Source: Candidatus Binatota bacterium (lineage in GTDB: Bacteria > Desulfobacterota > Binatia > UBA1149). Taken from it: 64,000 bases of DNA. Positions 19,888-29,267 of this stretch are shown here, one piece after another. Location of the stretch: positions 40,859-104,858 of the forward strand of contig DUBO01000056.1 of assembly GCA_012960245.1 (NCBI GenBank), in the 5' to 3' direction. A program made the position numbers and the translations under genes. The number at the start of each line of letters is the position of its first letter. Within the stretch, counting starts at the first letter, position 1. The notes beneath the pieces are model-generated. The model ran no database searches. It worked only from the letters and a program-made list of their open reading frames with translations, and had not been told where the DNA came from.

Positions 19888-20313
19888 ATGAGAAAGCGAG
19901 AACTAGATAAATTCGAAGCACTTTTGCTTGAGATGCGCAGTGACATCCTGCGCGAGATCAAGCAGGACATGAAAGAAGGGCGCGAAGGCGAAGCCGGCGA
20001 GGGTCGCGATACCTATGACATTGCCAGCGACGACCGCGATCGAGAGATAAACCTCCTTCTCGGCGACAGGGACCGTCGCAAGCTGCAGCTTGTGGACGAG
20101 GCCCTGCTGCGCATAGAGAGCCGTGACTACGGCAAGTGCGAAGAGTGCGAGGGTGATATCTCTCCCTCGCGGCTCAAGGCCATGCCCTTCAGCGAGCTTT
20201 GCGTCACCTGCCAGGATGAGTACGAGCAGGCCCAGCGCACCATGCACACCGATGGTGGCGATAGCCTGTCGGCACGTGTTCCCCCCGGCGAAAGCGAACC
20301 TGAAATTTCCTGA
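19888..20313 (+). CDS. DksA/TraR-family C4 zinc-finger protein
   Basis: 141 aa. Coiled-coil N-terminus and YGKCEECEGDISPSRLKAMPFSELCVTCQ, the four-Cys DksA finger. Confidence 0.8.
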   Translation: MRKRELDKFEALLLEMRSDILREIKQDMKEGREGEAGEGRDTYDIASDDRDREINLLLGDRDRRKLQLVDEALLRIESRDYGKCEECEGDISPSRLKAMPFSELCVTCQDEYEQAQRTMHTDGGDSLSARVPPGESEPEIS

Positions 20314-20334
20314 TACGAGCTCACCGGTCGACCG

Positions 20335-20390
20335 CCCTGCTGTTCTACGGCGGCAGCTGTTAGCCGCCCGCAGGGTTCGTGCTAGTCTGC
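20335..20390 (+). promoter_or_regulatory. Two overlapping, mutually exclusive hairpins between the dksA-like gene and queE
   Basis: Hairpin 1 is CCCTGC...GGCGGC-agctgtta-GCCGCC-c-GCAGGG (20335-20375). Hairpin 2 is CGCAG-GGTTCGTGCTAGT-CTGCG (20369-20390) and shares the GCAG bases with hairpin 1. Function not established. Confidence 0.3.
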
Positions 20391-20426
20391 GTTGACGATG
20401 GCCGGATCCCACAAACACGAGGGCTC

Positions 20427-21206
20427 ATGCGAGCGGCAGATCCGGGTAAGCGACGGGCCCCGCGGGTGAACGGGTGGCTGAGCGAACTCTTCGTCTCGCT
20501 GCAGGGCGAGGGCAGTTACTCCGGGCAGCGGCAGTTGTTCGTGCGCCTGTCGGGCTGCAACATGCGCTGCGGCTACTGTGACACTCCCGACTCGCTCGAA
20601 AAGAGCCAGCACTGCCGCGTCGACTTTCCTGGCGGTGAGAGCAAGTTTCTCGACAATCCCGTATCGGTAGAAACACTGGCCGCCGTGGTGGCCCGCTTCA
20701 TCGCCGAAGACCCTTCCATAGCCATGCTGGCAGTAACCGGTGGCGAGCCCATGCTGCAGGCTGATTTTCTCGAGGCCTGGTTCAAGGCCTCGCCCCCTGG
20801 ACGGCCCTGCCTGCTTGAGACCAACGCCACCATCGCCCGGGGGCTGGATCGGCTGTTGCCATCGTTCAGCGTCGTGTCGGCCGACGTGAAGTTGCCGTCC
20901 AACAGCGGCGAGGCTTCCTTCTGGAAGCAACACGAGGAGTTTCTTTCGGGTTGCGACGGGGTCGAGCTTTACGTCAAGATGCCGGTGGACGCGGTCACCA
21001 GCCGTGAAGACGTGGTCAGGGGGGCCGAACTGGTGGCCCGTTATGCCCCGGCAGCCACGCTTTACCTGCAGCCGCTGGCCGACCCCGGGTCCAACGAGGC
21101 GGCGCGTCCGGCGGCCTTCATGGAAGAGTTGCTCGCGGAAGCATCCGCGCGGGTGGCAGACACACGGGTGTCGGTGCAGATGCACAAAATGATGGGCCTG
21201 CGATGA
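20427..21206 (+). CDS. queE: 7-carboxy-7-deazaguanine synthase (radical SAM)
   Basis: ORF 20379..21206, ATG at 20427 after GAGGG. LFVSLQGEG and the cluster motif CNMRCGYCDTPDS. Confidence 0.85.
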   Translation: MRAADPGKRRAPRVNGWLSELFVSLQGEGSYSGQRQLFVRLSGCNMRCGYCDTPDSLEKSQHCRVDFPGGESKFLDNPVSVETLAAVVARFIAEDPSIAMLAVTGGEPMLQADFLEAWFKASPPGRPCLLETNATIARGLDRLLPSFSVVSADVKLPSNSGEASFWKQHEEFLSGCDGVELYVKMPVDAVTSREDVVRGAELVARYAPAATLYLQPLADPGSNEAARPAAFMEELLAEASARVADTRVSVQMHKMMGLR

Positions 21207-22858
21207 GCGGCGCTGGGCAGGATTCGGCCTCACCGGGCTCCAATTCCCCGGAGTATCGCCAAGCCACCTGGCAGCAATTGCAGTCGGAGGTTTTTGATCT
21301 TCTCATCATAGGGGGAGGTATAAACGGTGCCGCGGTGGCGAGGGACGCCGTGCTCAGGGGCATGTCGGTGGCGCTGGTCGAGCGCTCCGATTTCGCGTCG
21401 GGCACCAGCAGCCGCTCGTCCAAGCTCATTCACGGCGGGGTACGTTACCTGGAGCAGGGCGACATCGGCCTGGTGCTTGAATCCTGCCGCGAGCGCGACT
21501 TGTTGCGCACGCGCATCGCGCCCCACCTGGTGCGCGCGCAGAGGTTTCTGTTCCCCATCTACGCCGACGATTCGCTCCCCCTGTGGAAGATGCGGGCCGG
21601 CCTGCTGGCCTACGACATGCTGGCTGCTTTTCGCAACGTGGAGACGCACCGCGGGCTGGGTGCCGCCGAGGTCATGGCCGAAGAGCCCGGACTGCTGTCG
21701 GAGGGTCTCGAGGGCGGCGCCGTCTACTGGGATTGCTGGACCGACGACGCGAGGCTAACCGTCGAAACTGTGCTGGCTGCGCGTTCGGGCGGGGCCGCGG
21801 TGCTCAACTACGCTGAGGTCGTGGCCCTGGACAAGGACAGCACGGGTCGGTTGGCGTCGGCCGTGGTACGTGATCTTGAACTGGGGCGCGAAGCCCGCGT
21901 GCGCGCCCGGTGTTTTGTTAACACCAGTGGACCGTGGCTCGACGCGCTGAGAAAACTCGACGACGGTGGCACGCCGCCCAGGCTGCGCGCGACCAAGGGC
22001 GCTCACGTGATATTCGATCGGGCGCGCCTTCCGGTAAACAACGCGGTGGTCATACGCGGCGCCGGCGACAACCGCGTCATGTTTGCCATTCCCTGGCAGA
22101 CGCGCGTGCTCGTGGGCACGACCGACACCTGGTACGAGGGCGACCCTGCCGAGGTGTCGGTTGAGAAAGAAGACGTAGATTACATCCTGGCCAGCGCCAA
22201 CCGGGCTTTTCCGATGGCTGACCTGCTGGCCAGCGACGTCGTGAGCAGCTACGCCGGCCTGCGCCCGCTGGTGCAGCCTGAAGACGAGCTTGACGAGTCC
22301 GACGTGAGCCGCGATGACCAGGTGTTCGAGAGTCCCTCGGGGCTGGTGTCGCTGGGAGGGGGCAAGCTGACCACGCACAGGCACGTGGCCGAGCGAATAG
22401 TGAACCGCGTGGCCCGATGGGTGGGCCGCCCGGTAGGCCGCTGCCGCACAGCCCAGGTGCCGTTGCCCGGGGCGGCCGGCGTCGAGCCCGGCGCGGCCAT
22501 GCACAGGGCCCCGGGGTCGGGCGAAGAGCATGTGCGCTGGCGCTACGGGGCGAGGGCTGCCGAAGTGTCGGCCCTGGTCAGGGGCGATGAGGAATTGGCG
22601 ACCGGTCTGGTCGACGATACGCCCGATCTCAAGGCCGAGCTGGTGCACGCCGTTGACCAGGAGATGGCCATGTCGCTCGAAGACGCGCTGACCAGGCGCA
22701 CGCATGTCACGCTCGAGAGCGCCCAGGTCAGCGAGCAGCTGGCCCGCTCGGCCGCTGCCCTGCTGGCTGAGCACCTGGGCTGGGACGACGAGCGGGTAGA
22801 GCTCGAGGTAAAAAAATATCTCGCCAGCGTGCAGTTTTGCGGTGCCACGACGCCGTAG
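21203..22858 (+). CDS. glpD: FAD-dependent glycerol-3-phosphate dehydrogenase
   Basis: 551 aa. DLLIIGGGINGAAVARDA and SGTSSRSSKLIHGGVRYLEQG. ATGA overlap with the queE stop. Confidence 0.9.
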   Translation: MSGAGQDSASPGSNSPEYRQATWQQLQSEVFDLLIIGGGINGAAVARDAVLRGMSVALVERSDFASGTSSRSSKLIHGGVRYLEQGDIGLVLESCRERDLLRTRIAPHLVRAQRFLFPIYADDSLPLWKMRAGLLAYDMLAAFRNVETHRGLGAAEVMAEEPGLLSEGLEGGAVYWDCWTDDARLTVETVLAARSGGAAVLNYAEVVALDKDSTGRLASAVVRDLELGREARVRARCFVNTSGPWLDALRKLDDGGTPPRLRATKGAHVIFDRARLPVNNAVVIRGAGDNRVMFAIPWQTRVLVGTTDTWYEGDPAEVSVEKEDVDYILASANRAFPMADLLASDVVSSYAGLRPLVQPEDELDESDVSRDDQVFESPSGLVSLGGGKLTTHRHVAERIVNRVARWVGRPVGRCRTAQVPLPGAAGVEPGAAMHRAPGSGEEHVRWRYGARAAEVSALVRGDEELATGLVDDTPDLKAELVHAVDQEMAMSLEDALTRRTHVTLESAQVSEQLARSAAALLAEHLGWDDERVELEVKKYLASVQFCGATTP

Positions 22859-22964
22859 AAAGCAGCCCGGCAAGCAGAAAACGTCAAGGGTAAAATATTG
22901 ACTTGCCTGTCAAAGGGATGAATGATTCCTCGTTCGGCGACCGGGATCCGCCGAGCCCCCACTG

Positions 22965-24011
22965 ATGTTGCTCGCTGCGCTTGAACTGGACAGGAAGGCC
23001 CTGTCCGACGTTGCCGATGAATACGGCCTCGGCCGCCTGGTCGATGGCAGCGGTGCGATAGAACAGCGCGGTTTCAGGCGCTATCGGCTCGTTACCGGCA
23101 AAACCACTTACAACATGGACGTCTACCTGGTGGACGACGAGGTAGACCTGAGGCGTGAAATGGACGTCATGGCCTTCCTTGAGAAGCACAGCTTCGCCTC
23201 CCCGAGGCTGGTCGTGCAGCGCAGCGGCCGACCGTTTGCCGAACGGGGCGACTACCTGCTGGTGGTTACCAGGCATCCCCAGGCCGAGTTCTGCGACGAG
23301 GCCGGGCTGACCGAGAAACGCATCTACCGCTCGGGCAGCGCTATCGGCGAATTTCACACGCTGTGTCGCAGTTACAAGAAAGGCGCTGACAGCCGCATGG
23401 GTTTTGACCAGGTGTTTGAGACCTACGCCGAGGTGCGCCGACGAATACCGCCGTACTTCAAGAAAATAGTGCGCACCTTCGACGAGGAGACCGAGTACCT
23501 GGGCAACTACCTTGAGACCAAGCTGCCCAAGGGATTTATCCACGGCGGGCTGGCGCTCGACTGCATATCGTTCAAGGGTGAGTCGGTCGCTTGTATATCC
23601 GACTTCTGGGACGCGAGCCGAGGCAAGTACGTGTTCGACCTCGCCACGGCGGTAAACGCCATGTGTTTTGTAGACGGCAGCTACTCGCTCGACCGTTTTA
23701 CTGCGCTGATGGCGGGCTACGAATCGATCAGGACCCTGTCGCTGGCCGAGTGGGACTCGTTTCCCAACGAGATGCGCTTTGCGGCGCTCAAGTTCGGGGT
23801 GGTCAGCCTGCACCGTTTTTTTGACGCGGGTAGGGAAGAAGGCGAGCGCATCAACAATGACTTCAGGCGTTATCTCGAACGCCTGCGCGTGCTCAGGCGC
23901 GAAGTCGAAGGCGGCATGGAAAGCCTGCTCATGGCCATGGCCACCGGCTACGACTACCGAAAGTACCAGCGCGTGAAGGGCGAGGACGGCGAGGGCGGCG
24001 AGGGCGGCTAG
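22965..24011 (+). CDS. Phosphotransferase-fold protein (APH / type-II homoserine kinase-like)
   Basis: 348 aa. The N-terminal layout L..V...YGLGRL.....IEQRGF.RYRL and the length resemble kinase-fold ThrB2/APH proteins. C-terminal GEDGEGGEGG tail. Substrate not assignable. Confidence 0.55.
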   Translation: MLLAALELDRKALSDVADEYGLGRLVDGSGAIEQRGFRRYRLVTGKTTYNMDVYLVDDEVDLRREMDVMAFLEKHSFASPRLVVQRSGRPFAERGDYLLVVTRHPQAEFCDEAGLTEKRIYRSGSAIGEFHTLCRSYKKGADSRMGFDQVFETYAEVRRRIPPYFKKIVRTFDEETEYLGNYLETKLPKGFIHGGLALDCISFKGESVACISDFWDASRGKYVFDLATAVNAMCFVDGSYSLDRFTALMAGYESIRTLSLAEWDSFPNEMRFAALKFGVVSLHRFFDAGREEGERINNDFRRYLERLRVLRREVEGGMESLLMAMATGYDYRKYQRVKGEDGEGGEGG

Positions 24012-24015
24012 GATC

Positions 24016-24561
24016 GTGGCCGGCATTGAAGACAGTGTGCGTGACATCCTCGTTGCGCTGGGCGAAGACCCCGACCGCGAGGGGCTGGTCAAGACCCCCG
24101 AGCGAGTGGCGCGCAGCTACGAGTTCCTGGCCAGCGGTTACCAGCAGGACCCCCACGAGGTGATTGGCGACGCTCTGTTTACCGAGGACTACTCGGAGAT
24201 GATAATCGTTCGCGACATCGATTTCTTCTCGCTGTGCGAGCACCACATGTTGCCTTTCTACGGGCGCGCCCACGTGGCCTACGTCCCCGACAAGCACATA
24301 GTGGGCATCAGCAAGCTGGCCCGCCTCGTGGAGTGTTACGCCAGGCGCTTGCAGGTGCAGGAGCGCATGACCTCGCAGATCGCCGGCTTTATCCAGGACA
24401 AGCTCAAGCCCCTGGGTGTGGGCGTGGTCATACGCGCCGAGCACATGTGCATGCGTATGCGCGGCGTGCAGAAGCCCAACTCCTCGGTGGTGACCAGCTC
24501 GTTGCTGGGCGTGTTCCAGGAGCGCGACACCCGCCAGGAGTTCATGAACCTGCTGTCCTGA
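24016..24561 (+). CDS. folE: GTP cyclohydrolase I
   Basis: 181 aa. FFSLCEHHMLPFYGRAHVAYVP and QVQERMT motifs. GTG start 4 nt after the preceding stop. Confidence 0.95.
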   Translation: MAGIEDSVRDILVALGEDPDREGLVKTPERVARSYEFLASGYQQDPHEVIGDALFTEDYSEMIIVRDIDFFSLCEHHMLPFYGRAHVAYVPDKHIVGISKLARLVECYARRLQVQERMTSQIAGFIQDKLKPLGVGVVIRAEHMCMRMRGVQKPNSSVVTSSLLGVFQERDTRQEFMNLLS

Positions 24562-24609
24562 CCCCCCGGGCTCGTCTCGGCGCTGGCTCGAGAGCAGGCC
24601 GCGTGCTGG

Positions 24610-26253
24610 TCAGAAAGAGGCCCACCAGGGACGGGCCTGCTGCTCGTCGCCTTCCAGTTTGACTCCGTAGTGCTCCAGCAGCGTGCCCTGGGCGCGCTGC
24701 TGACTGGCCTCGGCCAGCGCGTGGTCGGTCACGGCCAGGGTACGGGCGGCCATGGAGTCGGCCAGCTTCTGTTGAAAACTCAGCACGTCGGTTGTCGTGA
24801 CCATGCCCTCTTCAAAACGCCGGCGCTGGTCGTGCAGGTTTTCGTCGGCCAGTTCTACCGCCAGCCGGGCTGCCTGCACTCGCTGCCAGGCCGAGGCCAG
24901 GTCGGCGCGGGCGCGGTCGAGTTGCAGGATCACGGTGGATTCGAGATCTTCGAGTTCATGGTCGGCCTGCAGTTGCCTGGCTTGGGCCCTATCGAGCCGG
25001 GCCCGGGAAGCACTGCGCGCCAATGGCAACTCAAAACTCAATCCCACCGACCAGCGGTTGAAGTCGCCGTCGGCCAACAGGTCGATAGCTTCCGACCAGC
25101 TGCCACCAAAGGGGCTGCTCACCACCTCGTCGCTGCCGAAGGGGCTTATGGGTACCGCGCGTCCACCGGCGCCAAGAAGCGTGTAACCGGCCGACAGCGA
25201 CAGTGACGGCAGCCGGTCGTCTCTCGCCTTACCCACGCTGAGCACGCGGTTTTGGCGTTGCAGGCGGGCCAGCCGCAGTTCGGGTCGGCGCGCCAGCGCC
25301 AGCGCCAGCGAGCGCTCGGGGTCTGCCTGCGACGCGACGGGCTCGTGGCCGTGCGCGGGCTGGATTTCAAACGGGCGGCGGCCGTCGCCCGCCCTTACCA
25401 TGTGCGCGAGCCTGAGCAGCGAGAGGCGGACTTCGTTGCCGGCCGACAGGGCCTGCTCCTCACGGCTCGCGGCTTCTGCGCGCGCCTCCTTGACGGCTAC
25501 CGGCGCCAGCATGCCCACCTGCACGCGTTTTTCGGCGTCGGCGGCCAGGCTGCGGGCAAGCTGCAGGGCCAGTTGCGCGGCCTCACTGCGCGACTCGGTC
25601 AGCACCACGTCCCAGTAGGCCCCCGCGATGGCGAATACGAAGTCGGCGAGGTCGGCGGCAAAGCGTGCGCGCTCGGCTGCGGTGTCGTTGCGTGCCAGCT
25701 TCAGCGTAATTTCGTCCTGCATGCCCCAGCGGTTGCGCAGCAGCGGCTGCTCCAGGCCCAGGCCCAGGCTGGGGCGGTACTCGGGCACCAGGCCCTGGAA
25801 AGACGAGTTGGTTTCGCGCCGGGCGGCGGCCAGCGAAAGGTCCAGCGTGGTTCCGCTCCTGAGCAGCTTGGACAACGACAGCGAGCCCGACGCCTGCTCT
25901 TCGCTGAGCACGGAGTCGCCGTCTTCCGTACCGGCCAGCGCGCTGGTCGGCACCAGGCTGCTGCTGTCCCAGCCCAGCTCGAGCTTTATCACCGGCTCCC
26001 AGGCGGCCAGTGCTTCCAGCTCGCCGCTGCGCGTGGCCACGGGCAACTGGGCGCGGGCCAGCACGCCCGGGTTACCGGCTACAGCGGTGGCCACGGCCTC
26101 GCGGAGGCTCATCTCCAGCGTTGCCGGTACAAGCGGTGCCGGCGCGCTCTCCAGGGCCAGGGCTGTGGCGCCTGACACTGAGGCGAGCAAGAGACTTGCG
26201 CAGGCGATGGCTGTGCGGGGGCTGATCACTGTATTAAGGGCGGCCCCGCGCAC
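24610..26253 (-). CDS. TolC-family outer-membrane efflux protein
   Basis: 547 aa. Signal peptide, two-fold repeated helical/beta pattern typical of OEP family proteins, and a C-terminal aromatic residue (ends WWASF). Confidence 0.8.
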   Translation of the reverse strand: MRGAALNTVISPRTAIACASLLLASVSGATALALESAPAPLVPATLEMSLREAVATAVAGNPGVLARAQLPVATRSGELEALAAWEPVIKLELGWDSSSLVPTSALAGTEDGDSVLSEEQASGSLSLSKLLRSGTTLDLSLAAARRETNSSFQGLVPEYRPSLGLGLEQPLLRNRWGMQDEITLKLARNDTAAERARFAADLADFVFAIAGAYWDVVLTESRSEAAQLALQLARSLAADAEKRVQVGMLAPVAVKEARAEAASREEQALSAGNEVRLSLLRLAHMVRAGDGRRPFEIQPAHGHEPVASQADPERSLALALARRPELRLARLQRQNRVLSVGKARDDRLPSLSLSAGYTLLGAGGRAVPISPFGSDEVVSSPFGGSWSEAIDLLADGDFNRWSVGLSFELPLARSASRARLDRAQARQLQADHELEDLESTVILQLDRARADLASAWQRVQAARLAVELADENLHDQRRRFEEGMVTTTDVLSFQQKLADSMAARTLAVTDHALAEASQQRAQGTLLEHYGVKLEGDEQQARPWWASF

Positions 26254-26381
26254 GCTTACGGTGCTGTTTACCCTGCGGACGCAAAGACCCGCACTAGACG
26301 TTGACCGGCCCCCGGCCTGCCGTCAAGACCCCGGGGGTACTCCCTGGCCGGTTTATACGGGACCGGTTGACCCCTGCCCGG

Positions 26382-26410
26382 TTGACATCCACCCCCTCGG
26401 GGAATAATTA
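26382..26410 (+). promoter_or_regulatory. Candidate sigma70 promoter (TTGACA-N17-TAATTA) upstream of the aminotransferase/serA pair
   Basis: The hexamers read from the sequence. It lies in a spacer with three GTTGAC copies, two as CCGGTTGAC (26364-26386) and an earlier CGTTGACCGG (~26300). Confidence 0.35.
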
Positions 26411-26487
26411 GCCATACCGGCAACAGCCGGCCCGCCTGCCGCGTAGACTCCTCAGCGCGTGGCCATCCGGCCTGTTCGGACCACGCC

Positions 26488-27648
26488 ATGACTACAACGA
26501 TACTCAAGCGCCATCTGCTCGCCCCCGGGCCCACCCAGGTACCCGCCGAGGTGCAGCTGGCCATGGCCGCGCCCATCATTCACCACCGCACGCCGCAGTT
26601 CAGCGAGTTGTTCGGCAAAACCGCGGCCGGTGCGCGCGCCATGTTCGCCACCGAGCAGCCCGTGATGATGCTCGCCTGCACGGGCACCGGTGGTATGGAG
26701 GCCGCGGTCACCAACACCTTGAGCCACGGCGACCACGTGCTGGTCGTAAAGGGCGGCAAGTTCGGTGAGCGCTGGGAAGAAATAGCACTGCGCTACGGCC
26801 TCCGCGTTACAGCGCTGGATGTCGAGTGGGGCAAGGCCGTTGACCCGGCCCAGGTGGCAGCCATCCTCGCGCAGGCCGACGACCTGAAGGCCGTGCTCGT
26901 GCAGGGCAGCGAAACCTCGACCACGGTGCTGCACCCGGTGACCGAGCTGGCCGCCTTGACCCGCGACCGCGACTGCCTGCTCATAGTGGACGGCATAACC
27001 TCGGTGGGCGTGGCCGACATGCCCATGGACGCCAGCGGCATAGACGTGCTCGTTACCGGTTCGCAGAAGGCCATGATGTTGCCGCCGGGGCTTGCCCTGG
27101 TGGCCCTGAGCGAGAAGGCCTGGCGCGCGAACGAGAACGCCGACCTGCCGCGCTATTACTTTGACCTGGCGCGCGAACGCGACGCGCTGGCCAAGGATAC
27201 TTCGGCTTACACACCGGCCGTGTCGCTGGTCACGGGACTGGCGGCGGTGTTCGAACTGGTGGAGGCTACCGGCGGCTGGCCGCAGGTGTACCGCAGGCAC
27301 GACATCCTGGCGCGGGCCACGCGCGCGGGCGTGCTGGCCATGGGCCTGGACTTGCTGGCGCCCGACGCTCCCAGCCCGGCGGCCACCGGCGTGCGCCTGC
27401 CCGAGACGGTGGACGGCGGCGCGCTCACGAAGTACCTGCGCGATACCATGGGCGTGACCGTGGCCGGCGGACAGGGCCACCTCAAGGGCCGCATCGTGCG
27501 CCTGGCCCACATAGGCTACGCCGATACCTTTGACGTGGTGGTGGCGCTGTCGGCGCTGGAAATGGCGCTGGCGGGGCTGGGCCACGAGGTCGAATTCGGG
27601 CGCGGCACGGCCGCTGCCCAGAAACTGCTCATGGAGATGTACGCTTAG
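26488..27648 (+). CDS. Class-V (serine-pyruvate/AGXT-type) aminotransferase, likely the phosphoserine aminotransferase partner of serA
   Basis: 386 aa. LLAPGPTQVP start and PLP-lysine context VTGSQKAMMLPPG. Stop is 1 nt before the serA start. Confidence 0.75.
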   Translation: MTTTILKRHLLAPGPTQVPAEVQLAMAAPIIHHRTPQFSELFGKTAAGARAMFATEQPVMMLACTGTGGMEAAVTNTLSHGDHVLVVKGGKFGERWEEIALRYGLRVTALDVEWGKAVDPAQVAAILAQADDLKAVLVQGSETSTTVLHPVTELAALTRDRDCLLIVDGITSVGVADMPMDASGIDVLVTGSQKAMMLPPGLALVALSEKAWRANENADLPRYYFDLARERDALAKDTSAYTPAVSLVTGLAAVFELVEATGGWPQVYRRHDILARATRAGVLAMGLDLLAPDAPSPAATGVRLPETVDGGALTKYLRDTMGVTVAGGQGHLKGRIVRLAHIGYADTFDVVVALSALEMALAGLGHEVEFGRGTAAAQKLLMEMYA

Positions 27649-27649
27649 C

Positions 27650-29242
27650 ATGGCCGAGGTTTGCAAGGTTGTTGTTTCGGACAAGCTGGCGCCCGAGGGC
27701 CTGGCCATACTCGAGGCTTCGCCGGGGCTGTCGGTGGACTACCAACCCGGCCTGTCGCCCGAAGATCTCGCCGTTGTTGTAGCCGACGCCCAAGGGTTGG
27801 TCATACGCAGCGGCACTCGCGTCACGGCCGAGCTGCTGGATGCTGCAACAGAGCTGAAGGTCGTGGGCCGCGCGGGTATCGGGGTGGACAACGTAGACGT
27901 CGCCGAGGCTACGCGCCGTGGCGTGGTCGTCATGAACACGCCCGGGGGCAACAACGTCACCACCGCCGAGCACACCGTGTCGCTGATGATGGCACTGGCG
28001 CGCCACATACCGCAGGCCAACGCCACGCTCAGGCAGGGCGACTGGCGACGCAGCGACTTTGTGGGTACCGAGCTCTGCGGTAAGACCCTGGGCGTGGTGG
28101 GGCTTGGAAACATAGGCGCCATCGTCAGCGATCGCGCGCGCGGCCTGAAGATGAAGATATTGGCCTACGATCCTTTTCTCACCGAGGAGGGCGCTACCCG
28201 GCTGGGCGTGGAGCTGGCGACGCTCGCAGAAGTGTACGCGCGGGCTGATTTTCTGACCGTGCATACCCCGCTCACCGACGACACCCGCGGCATGGTGGGC
28301 GACGATGCCTTCGCCGCCATGCGCGACGGCGTACGCATAGTAAACTGCGCCAGGGGTGGCATAGTCGACGAAGAAGCGCTGCTGCGGGCGCTCGAGTCGG
28401 GCAAGGTAGCTGGCGCGGCCCTGGACGTGTTCGCCGAAGAACCGCCCACAGATTTTCGCCTCGTGGAGCACCCGGCGGTGGTGGCCACACCCCACCTTGG
28501 AGCAAGCACCGGAGAGGCCCAGCTCAACGTGGCCCTGGCCGTGGCCGAGCAGGTGCGCGACTACCTGGTCGACGGGGTGGTGGTCAATGCCATCAACCTG
28601 CCGTCGGTTTCGGTCGAAATGGCGGAGCGCATCGCGCCGTATCTTTTGCTGGCCGAGCGCATGGGCCGCCTGCACGGCCAGCTGGCCGAGGGTGATGCCC
28701 CCACCGAGGTCACGGTGGAATACCACGGCGAGGCGGCCGACCTCGAAGACACCCGCCCGGTGAGCGCGGCCGTGCTCAAGGGCCTGCTCTCGAGCTTTTT
28801 CGCCGCGCCGGTAAATGCTGTCAACGCCGAGTCCATAGCCAGCGAACGCGGAGTGCGCCTGGTCGAGGTGCGCGAGCGTGCGAGCTCGGCCTTCGCGAGT
28901 TCGCTCACCGTGCGCTTGAGTGGCCCGACCGGCGGGCACGTCATTTCGGGCGCCGTGTTCGGCCGCGCGACGGTGCGCCTGGTGCGGCTCGACGATTTTT
29001 ACTTCGAGGCCATCCCCGAGGGCAACATACTAATACTCAACAACAAGGATGTGCCGGGCGTGGTGGGACGCGTGGGCGCGTTGCTGGGCGAGGCCAACAT
29101 CAACATTTCGGGCGTGGTGCTGGGCAGCGTTGACGGTGAGGCCGTGTCGTTCTTTCACGTGGACGACCCCCTTGACGCCGCTCAGCTCGAGAGCCTGCGG
29201 GCCCTGCCCGAGATAACCGGCGCGCGCATGGTCTGCCTGTAG
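27650..29242 (+). CDS. serA: D-3-phosphoglycerate dehydrogenase (long form with ACT domain)
   Basis: ORF 27530..29242, ATG at 27650 (MAEVCKVVVSDKLAPEGL). NAD motif GVVGLGNIGAIV and an ACT-like C-terminus. Confidence 0.95.
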   Translation: MAEVCKVVVSDKLAPEGLAILEASPGLSVDYQPGLSPEDLAVVVADAQGLVIRSGTRVTAELLDAATELKVVGRAGIGVDNVDVAEATRRGVVVMNTPGGNNVTTAEHTVSLMMALARHIPQANATLRQGDWRRSDFVGTELCGKTLGVVGLGNIGAIVSDRARGLKMKILAYDPFLTEEGATRLGVELATLAEVYARADFLTVHTPLTDDTRGMVGDDAFAAMRDGVRIVNCARGGIVDEEALLRALESGKVAGAALDVFAEEPPTDFRLVEHPAVVATPHLGASTGEAQLNVALAVAEQVRDYLVDGVVVNAINLPSVSVEMAERIAPYLLLAERMGRLHGQLAEGDAPTEVTVEYHGEAADLEDTRPVSAAVLKGLLSSFFAAPVNAVNAESIASERGVRLVEVRERASSAFASSLTVRLSGPTGGHVISGAVFGRATVRLVRLDDFYFEAIPEGNILILNNKDVPGVVGRVGALLGEANINISGVVLGSVDGEAVSFFHVDDPLDAAQLESLRALPEITGARMVCL

Positions 29243-29267
29243 GCCCGCGAGTGCGGATCCAAGAACA

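Noticed and set aside
26261-26272. GTGCTGTTTACC resembling part of 4.5S/SRP RNA
   Set aside because: The conserved GGAAGCAGC domain-IV motif and its pairing partner are absent. The region is a divergent promoter spacer.
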